Notes under the pieces: generated by a model | What the model was told of the DNA's origin: nothing | What the model saw: the letters and a program-made list of their open reading frames with translations, nothing else | Database searches by the model: none | Shown: in pieces, positions 20,404-30,500 of the stretch | Position numbering within the stretch: position 1 is the stretch's first letter | Layout: each line of letters opens with the position of its first letter | Program-made: the position numbers and the translations under genes | NCBI GenBank assembly: GCA_963743525.1 | Contig: CAVUQH010000004.1 | Location: 32,001-96,000 of the forward strand | DNA length: 64,000 nucleotides | Source of the DNA: an uncultured delta proteobacterium | Lineage (GTDB): Bacteria; Myxococcota_A; Polyangia; Haliangiales; Haliangiaceae | Reading direction: 5' to 3'

Positions 20404-21930
20404 ATGCGACGACTGTGTGCTTCTCGTGTCCCACGCTCCGGCGGTACCGCCCTCTTGATTTGCGCCCTGGCAGCGTGCGGCCACGTCAAGGAATCCGATG
20501 ACGCGTCCCCGCCCGGCGACGACGCCGCGCCGACCGTCGACGCGGCCTGCACACCGACCGGCGCAGACGCCCCCGATGACATGTTCCTGGACCAGAACTG
20601 CGACGGCATCGACGGCGACGCCAGCACCGCGGTGTTCGTCGATCCGCTCAACGGCAACGACGCCGGCGACGGATTGCAGGCGCAGCCCAAGGCCCACCTC
20701 CTGGGCTCCGGCGGCGCGTTCGCCAAGGCGCTGGCGGACGGCAAGAGCAACATCTTCATCTCCACCGGCACGCTGTCGGAGAGCGCCACGGTGGTGGTCC
20801 CGTCCGGGCTGTCGCTGTGGGGCGGCTACGACGCCGCGCAAGGGTGGGCGCGCTCGGACGCCATCGCGCATCCATTGCTCATGGTCGCCGATCCGACGGG
20901 CGTCAGCTTCCAGACCATCGTCGCGGCGATGACCTGGGATCGCGTTGACGTGCAGTCGGCCAACGCCACCGCCCCGGGCGCCTCTTCGTACGGCATGTTC
21001 GTGGCGTCGTCCACCGATGCCCTGGTGATCTCCAACTCGTCGGTCACCGCCGGCGACGGCGCGCCCGGAAGCGCCTCACAGGCGCCCGCCGCGCCGACGA
21101 CACCGTTGTCCGCCAACGGCCTGGTCGGCAGCGGCGCGTACACGGCAGTCTGCTGCCAGTCGATCATCTCCGACACCTGCATGGCCGGGCAGCCCGGACA
21201 GAACGCGTGCGCGTTCTCCGGCGGCCAGGGGTCGCCTTGCGGCAACGGTGGCTCCCCCGCGGCCGGTGGGGGCCCCAGCGGCGGAGCGCCGGGCGGCCTC
21301 CGCGAGCAGGGCAAGCCTGGCGGCGCGGGCACAGCCGGAGCGGACGCAACCGCGCCGACGGCGGCCTTCGGCGCGTCCGCCCTCGCCGGCTACACACCGG
21401 CGCAAGGGACGGTCGGTGGCGCCGGCGCCGGTGGGTCCGGCGGCGGCGGTGGCGGTTTGGACTACGTCGGCTCTTGCACGTGCGGCAGCACCATCTCGAT
21501 TCCCGCGGGACACGGCGGCGCCGCGGGCGGCTGCGGTGGCGGCCCGGCATCGGCCGCCGGCGGTGGCGGCGGCTCGTTCGCCATCTACCTGTTCGACTCC
21601 GGCCCCACGCTCGACCGGGTCACGCTGATCTCCGGTAACGGCGGCAAGGGCGGCGCCGGCACCCGCGGTGGCAACGGTGGCCCGGGCGGCGTCGGCGGCG
21701 GACAACCGACCGCCACAGTGGCAGGCGGCAACGGCGGCGCCGGCGGTGTCGGCGGTACATCCAGCGGCGGTCCGGGCGGACCATCGATCTGTCTGGAGAA
21801 AGCCGGCAGCTCGGCGCCGACGCTGGTCACCACCCCGACCTGCCAGCTCGGGGCCGCGGGCAACGGCGGATCATCACCCAGCTCCAACCTCACCGGTGTG
21901 ACCGGGTTGAAGGCCGAGCAGCACCCCTAG
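20404..21930 (+). CDS. Glycine-rich (PGRS-like) myxobacterial lipoprotein
   Basis: Lipobox LAAC, a DQNCDGID motif and long GGxGGxG tracts. Confidence 0.8.
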   Translation: MRRLCASRVPRSGGTALLICALAACGHVKESDDASPPGDDAAPTVDAACTPTGADAPDDMFLDQNCDGIDGDASTAVFVDPLNGNDAGDGLQAQPKAHLLGSGGAFAKALADGKSNIFISTGTLSESATVVVPSGLSLWGGYDAAQGWARSDAIAHPLLMVADPTGVSFQTIVAAMTWDRVDVQSANATAPGASSYGMFVASSTDALVISNSSVTAGDGAPGSASQAPAAPTTPLSANGLVGSGAYTAVCCQSIISDTCMAGQPGQNACAFSGGQGSPCGNGGSPAAGGGPSGGAPGGLREQGKPGGAGTAGADATAPTAAFGASALAGYTPAQGTVGGAGAGGSGGGGGGLDYVGSCTCGSTISIPAGHGGAAGGCGGGPASAAGGGGGSFAIYLFDSGPTLDRVTLISGNGGKGGAGTRGGNGGPGGVGGGQPTATVAGGNGGAGGVGGTSSGGPGGPSICLEKAGSSAPTLVTTPTCQLGAAGNGGSSPSSNLTGVTGLKAEQHP

Positions 21931-22388
21931 TCGACGTCGAAACAGACGTCGACCGATGCCGTCCACTGACCGGCGGGCATATCGCCGGTGATCGTGACCT
22001 CGATGCGGTCGGCGCCGGCGCGCAGGTAGGCACCGAGATCGACCGCCGGGTCACCGGCGAGCTCGAGCACGCCGGCGGAGACCGTGGCGTCGGCCAGGGT
22101 CACGTCGCCGCCGTCGGCGTCGATCAGCGCGACGTGCACGTGGTCGGCGAAGCCGAGATCGCCGACGCCGGTGGTTGCCGTCACCGTCGCCGATGCCAGC
22201 GTCACGCGCTGACCTTCCGGTGCCGCCAGGTCGAGCGGGCCGAGATCGATGCTCGCGTGGTTGGCGCCGCCGTCGAACTGCAGCTGCGCGTCGTTCAGGC
22301 ACACGCCGTTGACCTGCGGATCGCCCAGCTGGAGGTCGGCGGTGCAGGCGGTCGCAGCGAGCGCGACGAAGAGGATGACGACACGCAT
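21927..22388 (-). CDS. Hypothetical lipoprotein
   Basis: MRVVILFVALAATAC lipobox. ATG overlaps the upstream TGA (TGATG). Confidence 0.75.
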   Translation of the reverse strand: MRVVILFVALAATACTADLQLGDPQVNGVCLNDAQLQFDGGANHASIDLGPLDLAAPEGQRVTLASATVTATTGVGDLGFADHVHVALIDADGGDVTLADATVSAGVLELAGDPAVDLGAYLRAGADRIEVTITGDMPAGQWTASVDVCFDVD

Positions 22389-22978
22389 CAGAAGCTCGCC
22401 GCCAGTCCGAATCGACCCGACGGAATCCAGCCACTCAGCGACGACGCGGCGTGGATCTCCACGGCGGGCGCGTCGGCGCCGTCGGCGGCGCGCATCTGCA
22501 CCACGTCCAGGGTGCAGTCGACACGGCTCACGCCGCCCTGCACGAACAGGGTCGCCCGGTCGCCGCCGAAGCGCAGCCCCAGGTGAACGTTGGCGAACCG
22601 GTAGCGAACCGAATGCAGTGTCGCTGCGTCCAGCCCGGCATCGGCGGCGACCGATCGCACCCACGACTGCGCCTCGCCCGCGCCGTAATAGCCGAGCTCG
22701 GCCGCGACATACGGCGACACCGGTCCGGTCAGGAGGTCGGCGCGGATGCCGCCGCGGACGCCCAGGCTCATCGTGTTGTAGCCGGCGCCGCCGTGCAGCC
22801 GCCATCGCGGGCTGACCCGCAGCATCAGGCCGGCCATGAATCCGTCGGGGCTGCCGGCGTCAGCCATCACTCCGAGGCGACTCGGGGAGTCGGCTCCCCG
22901 CCCCGCATTCGCGGGGGTGGCGGCCGCGCCCAGCACGAGCGCGGCGAATACAACGACTTGAAGGCTTGTCGGGGGAAT
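22388..22978 (-). CDS. Small outer-membrane beta-barrel-like protein (start uncertain: ATT 22978 or GTG 22936)
   Basis: Signal peptide ending ANA, alternating amphipathic strands and a C-terminal Phe (GLAASF). Confidence 0.65.
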   Translation of the reverse strand: MPPTSLQVVVFAALVLGAAATPANAGRGADSPSRLGVMADAGSPDGFMAGLMLRVSPRWRLHGGAGYNTMSLGVRGGIRADLLTGPVSPYVAAELGYYGAGEAQSWVRSVAADAGLDAATLHSVRYRFANVHLGLRFGGDRATLFVQGGVSRVDCTLDVVQMRAADGADAPAVEIHAASSLSGWIPSGRFGLAASF

Positions 22979-23014
22979 GGGGAACCTCGCGGTTCCCGGC
23001 GCAGTCCCTGGTCA

Positions 23015-23030
23015 AGCAAGCCGTGCGCCA
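23015..23030 (-). promoter_or_regulatory. Sigma54 -24/-12 promoter
   Basis: Minus strand TGGCGCACGGCTTGCT (GG-N10-GC) upstream of the barrel gene. Confidence 0.6.
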
Positions 23031-23150
23031 CCCTGCCGTCGGCCGCCCCGGGGCACGCCCACCCAGGTCCGAGGGTCGTGGCCCTCGGGGCGCTCCGCGA
23101 TATCGGCCGCGGTTGTGCAGATTTCGTCCACTTCGAGCGTGCCGACCACA

Positions 23151-23166
23151 TGGATCAGCTCTTGCT
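23151..23166 (+). promoter_or_regulatory. Sigma54 -24/-12 promoter
   Basis: TGGATCAGCTCTTGCT (GG-N10-GC), 15 nt before the GTG at 23182. Confidence 0.55.
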
Positions 23167-23181
23167 GCAGATGGCATCACC

Positions 23182-24663
23182 GTGTTCTCTCCCCCGCGAC
23201 GAGACCTGCCTCGCCAGCTCGCTGTCCCGGCCGCGACCGCGCTCCTCCTGTTCGCGTTGATCGGTTGCCACGATCCGTTCGGGTTCGATCCGCAATCCCA
23301 GGAAGAGGAGATTTGCGCCGCGAGCACCGAGTGGCTTCCCAACACACCGGCGCTGGATCTGTTCAAGCCCCTGCCCCACCCGGCCTCCGAGTGCGCCTTC
23401 TACCGCGGCGCCTGGCAGAACTTCCTGATCGCCATGCAGCCGAATGCCGATGGCACGCCGGCGATGATGTCGTATCCGACCGTCCAGACCCTGTTCGACT
23501 CGACCAAACCGGCCCCGGCCGCGTTCTCCGAGCTCGGATTCATCCGCCAGGCCGGCGGGCGACAGATCCTGATCGATCAGCACGGCAATCCGATCTTCTA
23601 CGCGATCCACGTCAACCAGGCGTTCGCCGACTTCATCGACGCCAACGGCCTGCGCACGGCGCAGGGGATCATCGACGCCGATCCCACCCTGTTCTTCCCC
23701 GCCGGCGTGGTCGAGTTCAAGTCCGCGTGGCAGATCGTCGAGCCGGGCGACTCGACCGACGACTACATCACCATCCAGACCACGGTGCCGACGCTGTCGA
23801 TGGACGCCAACCACCGCGTCGTCGAGGACCGGACGACGCCGCGCCAGGTCACCGCCCGGCTGCTGGCGCTACACGTCGTGTTCACGCTGCCCGGCCACCC
23901 CGAGTTCATCTGGGGCACGTTCGAGCACAGCGACGGCAGCCCCGACTCGCGCGCCTCTGACGGTCACCGGGACGTGGCGCCGACCACGGATCTCAATCCC
24001 GACCCGGCCGATCCCAACAACCTGCGCGACGATCGCGTCGTCGCCGACCACGACTTCGACCTGTACAAGAGCGGCACGCCAGCGAACGCGGCCAACCAGG
24101 CGATCGGTGAAAGCGAGCTGCAGCTCGACGTGGCGACGCAGAAGTTCCCCGGGCAGCAGACCTCGATCTACCGCATGTTCCCGGCGTCCAAGTCCAACAC
24201 CACCGACCCCGACGACGCCATCTCGTCGCTCAACAGCAACGTCGAGGCGCTGTTCGCCAGTGCCACCGTCGGCGCCAACGACAAGCGTGGCCACTACCGC
24301 CTGGTCGGTGCGATCTGGATGGACAAGCCGGAGTACTTCGGCAACGACGCCAGCCTGCAAAACGACGACACCAGCCCGCTGTTCGATCAGCCCGGCTACG
24401 TTGACGACATCACCAAGAACGGCTCGGACAGCGAGCTGTCCATTCTCGCCGGCGAGGATCGGCTGTCGAGTACTGCGATGGAGTCGTTCACCCAGTCACC
24501 GGCGGCTTTCCCCAACTGTTTCTCGTGCCACAGCACCCAGGCCATCACGGCCCGCGGCATCCCACTCGATCAGGATCGCAACGGCGTTCTGGTGCTGCAG
24601 CCGAAGTTGCTCAACGTCAGCCACGTGCTCAGTCAGTTCGTGATCGAGGAGCAAAGCCCATGA
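23182..24663 (+). CDS. Lipoprotein with a single C-terminal heme-c motif (cytochrome c family)
   Basis: Lipobox LIGC, LIDQHGNPIFY, PEFIWGTFEH, and LSSTAMESF followed by NCFSCH. Start inferred at GTG 23182. Confidence 0.75.
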   Translation: MFSPPRRDLPRQLAVPAATALLLFALIGCHDPFGFDPQSQEEEICAASTEWLPNTPALDLFKPLPHPASECAFYRGAWQNFLIAMQPNADGTPAMMSYPTVQTLFDSTKPAPAAFSELGFIRQAGGRQILIDQHGNPIFYAIHVNQAFADFIDANGLRTAQGIIDADPTLFFPAGVVEFKSAWQIVEPGDSTDDYITIQTTVPTLSMDANHRVVEDRTTPRQVTARLLALHVVFTLPGHPEFIWGTFEHSDGSPDSRASDGHRDVAPTTDLNPDPADPNNLRDDRVVADHDFDLYKSGTPANAANQAIGESELQLDVATQKFPGQQTSIYRMFPASKSNTTDPDDAISSLNSNVEALFASATVGANDKRGHYRLVGAIWMDKPEYFGNDASLQNDDTSPLFDQPGYVDDITKNGSDSELSILAGEDRLSSTAMESFTQSPAAFPNCFSCHSTQAITARGIPLDQDRNGVLVLQPKLLNVSHVLSQFVIEEQSP

Positions 24664-25631
24664 GACGCAGCGCGTGCATCTGGGTAACCGCGATGGCCGT
24701 GCTGTGGGCATCTTCGGCCGACGCCAGGCCTCGGCATCACCGCAAGACCGCGGCGCGCTCGCGAACCTCGGAGAGCCCGCGCAAGGATCCCGGCCGCGTG
24801 TGCAAGCGCAGCTATCGCGAGGCCCAGCGGGCCGAGCGCGACGGCCAGCTGTTCGAGGCCAAGGCGCTGCTGCAGCAGTGCGGCGATCCGGCCTGCGGCG
24901 AGTTCCTCGAGCACCAGTGCACGATCGGCTACGCGCGCGTCTCCGCCGACATCCCGTCGATCGTGCCGTCGGTGACCGACGCCGCGGGCGAGCCGGTGGT
25001 GGCGGTGAACGTGTGGCTGGACGACGTGCTGGTGGCCGAGGAGATCGACGGCCTGGCCATCAAGCTGGAGCCCGGCCTGCACGTGGTGGCGTTCGAAACC
25101 GATGCCGACGGCGTGTTCGCCCGGCGCAAGATCGTCGCCCGCCAGGGCGAGCGCAATCGGCGGATCGACGTGCGGCTGCATGCACCGGCCCGCCGCCCGC
25201 ACCGTCGCGCGGCCACGCCGCCGCCAGCCGTCGCGCAGCGGGAGCCGACCGGCACGCCGGCACCCACCCGGCACGTGCGCAAGGATCTCGTGGCGGCTCC
25301 GGACGAGCCGGGCACCGTGACCCGGCGCCACTCGCGGCTGCCCGGCTACCTGCTGATCGGTCTCGGCGTGGTCGGCGCCAGCGGCTACGGCGTGCTCACC
25401 TACTGGGGCCGCCAGGACAACGCCGCCCTGAGCACCTGCTCGCCAAACTGCCCGCGCGCCAGCTTCGAGCACGTGCGCAAGCTGTACATCTCGGCCAACG
25501 TATCCCTGGGCGTCGGCGGCGTTGCCCTCGTCGCCGGCAGCTACTTGCTGTGGCGTGCCTGGTCACCCTATCGGGTCGATGTCCAGCCCACGCGCGGCGG
25601 CGGCATCGCCAGCATTCGAGGTGAGTTTTGA
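24660..25631 (+). CDS. PEGA-like domain exported protein (myxobacterial)
   Basis: Signal peptide, Cys-linked helical region, LEPGLHVV PEGA-like strand and a hydrophobic C-terminal hairpin. ATGA overlap with the upstream gene. Confidence 0.75.
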   Translation: MRRSACIWVTAMAVLWASSADARPRHHRKTAARSRTSESPRKDPGRVCKRSYREAQRAERDGQLFEAKALLQQCGDPACGEFLEHQCTIGYARVSADIPSIVPSVTDAAGEPVVAVNVWLDDVLVAEEIDGLAIKLEPGLHVVAFETDADGVFARRKIVARQGERNRRIDVRLHAPARRPHRRAATPPPAVAQREPTGTPAPTRHVRKDLVAAPDEPGTVTRRHSRLPGYLLIGLGVVGASGYGVLTYWGRQDNAALSTCSPNCPRASFEHVRKLYISANVSLGVGGVALVAGSYLLWRAWSPYRVDVQPTRGGGIASIRGEF

Positions 25632-26146
25632 TCCGCACCGGCCACGCTTTACTGCTGGTGGCGCTGTGCGCGCCACTGGTCACCGCCTGCTTCCAGGATC
25701 TCGACATCGAGTCGGTCAGCGGCTCCGGAGATCAACCGACGGGTCCTGCCCTGGACACGCCGCCGATCGAGCGCCCCGACGGCACGACGACAACCGATCC
25801 GTGCGAGGCGACCTGGCAGGACACCCGCGACATGCTCGACGCCAACTGCGGCAGCTGCCACGGCGGTGGCGACGACGGCGCCCGGCAGGGACAGCCACCG
25901 TTCGACTTCGTCCTCGATCCGCAGAAGCTGGCGACCGCACGCTCGGCCACCGTGCCCGATCCCGACGACCCATCCCAGGGCATGCTGTTCGTGGAACCAG
26001 GCGCTCCGACCAAGTCACGGATCTATGACCTGCTGGTCCACGACGAGATGCCGCCTCAGCAGCCGATCGGCGTCGAGCCGCTACCGCGCCCGACGGTCAG
26101 TGACCAGTCGCTCCTCAACGCCTGGATCACCTACTGCGCCCAGTGA
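25628..26146 (+). CDS. Small cytochrome c lipoprotein
   Basis: Lipobox VTAC, CGSCH, and PG...S...MPP...WI pattern. TTGA overlap with the upstream gene. Confidence 0.8.
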   Translation: MIRTGHALLLVALCAPLVTACFQDLDIESVSGSGDQPTGPALDTPPIERPDGTTTTDPCEATWQDTRDMLDANCGSCHGGGDDGARQGQPPFDFVLDPQKLATARSATVPDPDDPSQGMLFVEPGAPTKSRIYDLLVHDEMPPQQPIGVEPLPRPTVSDQSLLNAWITYCAQ

Positions 26147-26279
26147 GCGAGATCTCCGAGGGCCGCAAGAGATGCTGTTCCCGCGCGCCAGCGGCACCGC
26201 CGTGCGCGTCGTCGGCAACGACGACGACGCCGCCGAAGCAGACAGCTAGCCCGGCCGCCGTCGTGGTAGGATCACGGCG

Positions 26280-27542
26280 ATGGCAGCGCGGCGGCTGGGG
26301 GTCGTTCTCGTCGCCTGGGCGGTGATCCTGGGCCTGGCGACCAGCGCTGTCGCCGACCCCCGGCTGCGCCGCGAGTCCGAGCGCCGCAACCGCATCGGCA
26401 CCCAGTTCTACAACGCCGGCAAGTTCGAGCAGGCGCTGCAGATGTACCAGGGCGCCTACGATCTGTTGCCCGACCCGCGCTACCTGTTCAACGTCGCCCT
26501 GGCCAAGGAGAAGATGTTCGACTACGAGGGCTGCGTGGTGGCGCTGCAGGGCTTCTTGCGCGCGACCACCGACGCCCCCGAGGCGCGCGACAACGCCGAA
26601 AAGCGCATGGCGCTGTGCCTCGAGCGAGTGACCATCCCGGTGCGCTTCACCTCGGTACCGACCAACGCCGCCATCTACGAAACCGCCGGCGACCAGCGCA
26701 CCCTGCTCGGCCGGACGCCGCAGGAGCTGCCCCTGGCTCCCGGCACCCATGCGATCGAGGTCGAGCTGCCCGGCTACGTCACGCAGCAGCGTCAGATCGA
26801 GGTCGCCGTGGGCGAGCGACCCAGCCCCGACTTCGTGCTCGAGAAGCTGTCGTCGATCCGCATCGAGGCCGACCCCTCGGGCGCGCGCATCTCCGTGGAC
26901 GGCGGCGACTGGGAGCCGGCGCCGCTGGAGCGACAGGTCAAGGCCGGCACCTATCACGTCAGGGTCGAGAAGGACGGCTACGAGCCGGCCCAGCGCGACC
27001 TGATCGTCGAGCCGGGTGCGGCCATGTCCCTGGTCATGCCGCTGCGACCGCTGCCGACGATCCGCACGCTGGCCATCGCGCTGGCCAGCTCGGCGCCGGT
27101 GACGACGCACCTGACCGTTGACGGCCGGCCGCGCGGCGGCGCACCAGCGCAGCTGACGTTGTCGCCGGGCGCGCACCAGGTTCGCCTGACCGCCACCGGC
27201 CGGCTGCCGTACGCCGACACGATCGTCATCGCCGAAAACCACGACGCCCGCCTGCTGGTCGATTTGCGACCACAGCGCAGCCGCAACAATCGGATCGCGC
27301 TGTGGAGCCTGGCCGGCGCCAGCGGCGCCGGGCTGATCACCGGCAGCATCTTCGGCGCCATGGCCCTTGCCGACCAGAGCCGCTTCAACGACGACCCCAC
27401 CGACGTCGGGCTGCACCATCGCGGCCAACGGCGCGCCCAGACCGCAGACATCTTCTTCGGCACCAGCGTCGCCCTGGCCGCGGGCGTCGCCGTCTACTAC
27501 CTGCTCACCCGGCCCGGCGAGTTGACCGGTACGCTGCAGTAG
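26280..27542 (+). CDS. TPR + multiple PEGA domain protein
   Basis: Signal peptide, TPR (FYNAGKFEQALQMYQGAY...YLFNVA) and three PEGA repeats (SVPTNA...GRTP...PGTH; ADPSGA...AGTY; SPGAH). Confidence 0.88.
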   Translation: MAARRLGVVLVAWAVILGLATSAVADPRLRRESERRNRIGTQFYNAGKFEQALQMYQGAYDLLPDPRYLFNVALAKEKMFDYEGCVVALQGFLRATTDAPEARDNAEKRMALCLERVTIPVRFTSVPTNAAIYETAGDQRTLLGRTPQELPLAPGTHAIEVELPGYVTQQRQIEVAVGERPSPDFVLEKLSSIRIEADPSGARISVDGGDWEPAPLERQVKAGTYHVRVEKDGYEPAQRDLIVEPGAAMSLVMPLRPLPTIRTLAIALASSAPVTTHLTVDGRPRGGAPAQLTLSPGAHQVRLTATGRLPYADTIVIAENHDARLLVDLRPQRSRNNRIALWSLAGASGAGLITGSIFGAMALADQSRFNDDPTDVGLHHRGQRRAQTADIFFGTSVALAAGVAVYYLLTRPGELTGTLQ

Positions 27543-27544
27543 AC

Positions 27545-30500
27545 CTACTGGAACGGCGTGCGGTTGGTCGACTCGTGGGTGACGTCGCGCTCGAGCGTGG
27601 ACAGCTCGAAGGCGTCGAAGCTCCAGCCCGGCGCGGCCAGCTCGAGGTCGAACAGGCGCAACACCCACTGGTAGCTCTGGACCACGTACGGATCGGCGGC
27701 GGTGCCGGCACCGCCCATGCACATCTGGGCGTTCGGTCCGCTGCCGTCGGGATCGACGCAGCTCTCACCCGCGGCGCAATCGCCCGCGTTGTTGCAGCTG
27801 GCGCCGCTGCCCGCCAGGGCCTCGAAGCCGCTCTTCTTCTGCGCGCCGCTGCTGGCGCGGGGGAACGAGGCCGGCAGCACCGGCAAGGTGAAGCACTCGT
27901 CACCGCTGCAGCTGGGGTCGAACGGCCGAAGGACGATCCACTCGGGCGTCTGCTTCGACCGCTCCTCGTTGGTCGTACCGCACGAGGTCACGGGCAGATA
28001 GCTGTCGGACAACACGCCCAGCTCGTGGCGGCTGTACAGCGGCTCGTTGCCGTTGGCGCCGCGGGCGTTGTCCCAGGTGAAGGTGCGCGGTCCGGTAAAC
28101 GTCGTCGCCGCGACGTCGAGGAACGAGGTGACGCTGGCCGAGCCGCCGGTCGGGCCGAACGGCTCGTTGCCGGAGCCGTCGTCGCGCAGGAGCACGGTGC
28201 TGGTGCCCTCGAGCCGGTTGGCCGGGACCGACGGATGGTTGGCGGGATTGATGTACGTGGCCGTGATCGACGCCAGCCGGCGAACGCTGGGAGCGTTTAC
28301 GTCGTCGAGCTCGGTATTCGGGATCGACACCGTGCTGCCGGCACCGGACGCCACCATCTCGTGTCCCAGCAGCACCAGATCGCCGGTGCCGTCGCCGCCG
28401 CTGTAGTCGCCGATGGTGGTACCGACCAGGTCGGCGTCGGTCGGCTGCCCGGAGAAGGTGATCTGGAAGCGGTTGGGGGTGTTACCCACGCTGTAGTCGT
28501 TGGTCAGGTCGATCGACACGCCGCTGGTGGGCGGCGCCGGCGGCACCAGGCCCAGATCGAAACCGATCCGCCGGTAGTTGGTCTCGCCCAGCAGGTCGGA
28601 GATGGTGCCGCCGCCCGAAAGCACGGTGTTCACGGTCGACAACGGGATGCGGACATGAGCCAGCTCGACGTTCTCGCTGACGCCGTTGGCCAGCTGCAGG
28701 GACCAGGTCGCCTCGTTGACGTGGCCGCCCAGGCAGAGGAACGCCAGGCACTGGTCTGCGACCCAGACGTTTGCCGGGATCTCCTGGACGCCGATGTTGC
28801 TGTTGCCCGAGTCCCAGCAGCGGTTCTGGGTGAAGAAGCGGCTGCTCTGGAAGTCGGAGAAGAACGACAGCCCCAGCTTGGGCAGCACCACGGCCAGGTC
28901 GAGGTTCGAGCTCGAGGTGCTGTCGGGAACCGCGGTGCCCAGGTCGTAGACGGTCGTGGTCGGCGGCGCCGGGTGGAGCAGCGGCAGCGGCAGGACCACG
29001 TCCGAGGCGTGGCCGCCGGTGAAGGTGAAGTAGGCGCGGTCGCCGGTGCCCGCGGTGACCGTGATCGCGCCGTCGAGGCCGCCGGAGTAGTCGTACACCT
29101 CGACGTAGCCGTTGGCGTCGGTGGTGGCGACGTTACTCACCGCTGACGAGCTGCCGCCGAACAGCGACGCCGCAGAGGTCTCGAACGCCGCGCCGTCCTC
29201 GGCCTGACCAATCAACACGCTGGCGCCGGCGACCGGCTGGCCGGTCTCGTCGGCGACCACGCGGACTCGCAGATTGCCCGAGGCCGGCGCGCACCCGCCG
29301 GTACCGCCGCTGCCGCTGTTGGCCGGGGCGTAGGTCATCGACACCGTGCTGGCCAGGGTCACCGTCTGCCCGCAGGCCGTCGCCACGATCGCCAGCGACT
29401 CGGATTGTGGCGCGGCGGCGGCGCTGACCACGCGGAAGTAGGTCCCCGGCTGGTCGGTCGATTCCGCGGCCGCGACGCCGCCGATGGTCACGTTCGCCCC
29501 CGACAGCGCGCCGCCACCGGTGTTGACCAGCGCGGTCCAGACCACCACCCGGGCGCCGGTTCCCGCCGCCAGACAGACCGACAGTGGCGTGCCGTCGTCG
29601 CTGCTGGTGCCGACGACCGAGGTCGCGCTCGGCGCCAGGGGATCGTGGTAACAGCCGCTCGCGTCGCAGCCGTTGACCGTGCAGGAGTCGCCATCGGCGC
29701 AGTTGGCCGGCCCGCCCGAGACGCACGACCCGGCATCGCACTGATCGCCGTCGGTGCACGGATCACCGTCGCTGCAGGTGGTTCCGGTCAGCGGCGTGTT
29801 CACGCACAGGAATCCGCTGCACGAGTCCGTGGTGCAGGCGTTGCCGTCGTCGCAGTCGCCGGCGGTGGTGCACTGGACGCAATCGGAGTCGGCGGCGTTG
29901 ACCTTGCCGTCGCAGTCGTTGTCGATCGAGTCGCTGCAGGTGGCGTCGCCAACCGGACCTTCGGCCCCCGGCGTGGGCGCGACCGGGTCGTTGACGCAGC
30001 TGTCGGTGACGCTGCTGCAGCTGTCGGTGGTGCAGGCGTTGCTGTCGTCACACGAGTGCGGCGGCCCGCCCACGCACCGTCCCGACTGGCAGCTGTCGCT
30101 GTCGGTGCAGAACTTGCCGTCGTCGCAGGTCGTGCCGTCGGACACCGGCATCGGCACGCAGTCGGCGAGGTTCTCGTCGCACACCCCGGTGTTGCAGGCG
30201 TCGCCGGCCGCCGAACAATCGCGCGGGTCACCCATGCAGGCGCCGGCGGTGCAGTGGTCGTTCACGGTGCAGAATTTGCCGTCGTCGCAGCTCGTGCCGT
30301 CATCTCGCGGGATGCCGACGCAGCCGCCGGCGGCCTCGTCACAGCTGCCGACGTTGCAGAAGTCACTTACCACCGAGCAATCGACCGGCTCGCCGACGCA
30401 GCTGCCGTTGATGCAGATGTCGTTCTCGGTGCAGGCGAGCAAGTCGTTGCAGTTCTCGCCCTCGCGCTGCGCCTGGTGCTGGCACTCGCCGTTCACGCAG

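Noticed and set aside
20404..21930. Mycobacterial PE-PGRS gene
   Set aside because: There is no PE domain. It has a lipobox and a DxNCDG motif, so the similarity is only low-complexity glycine.
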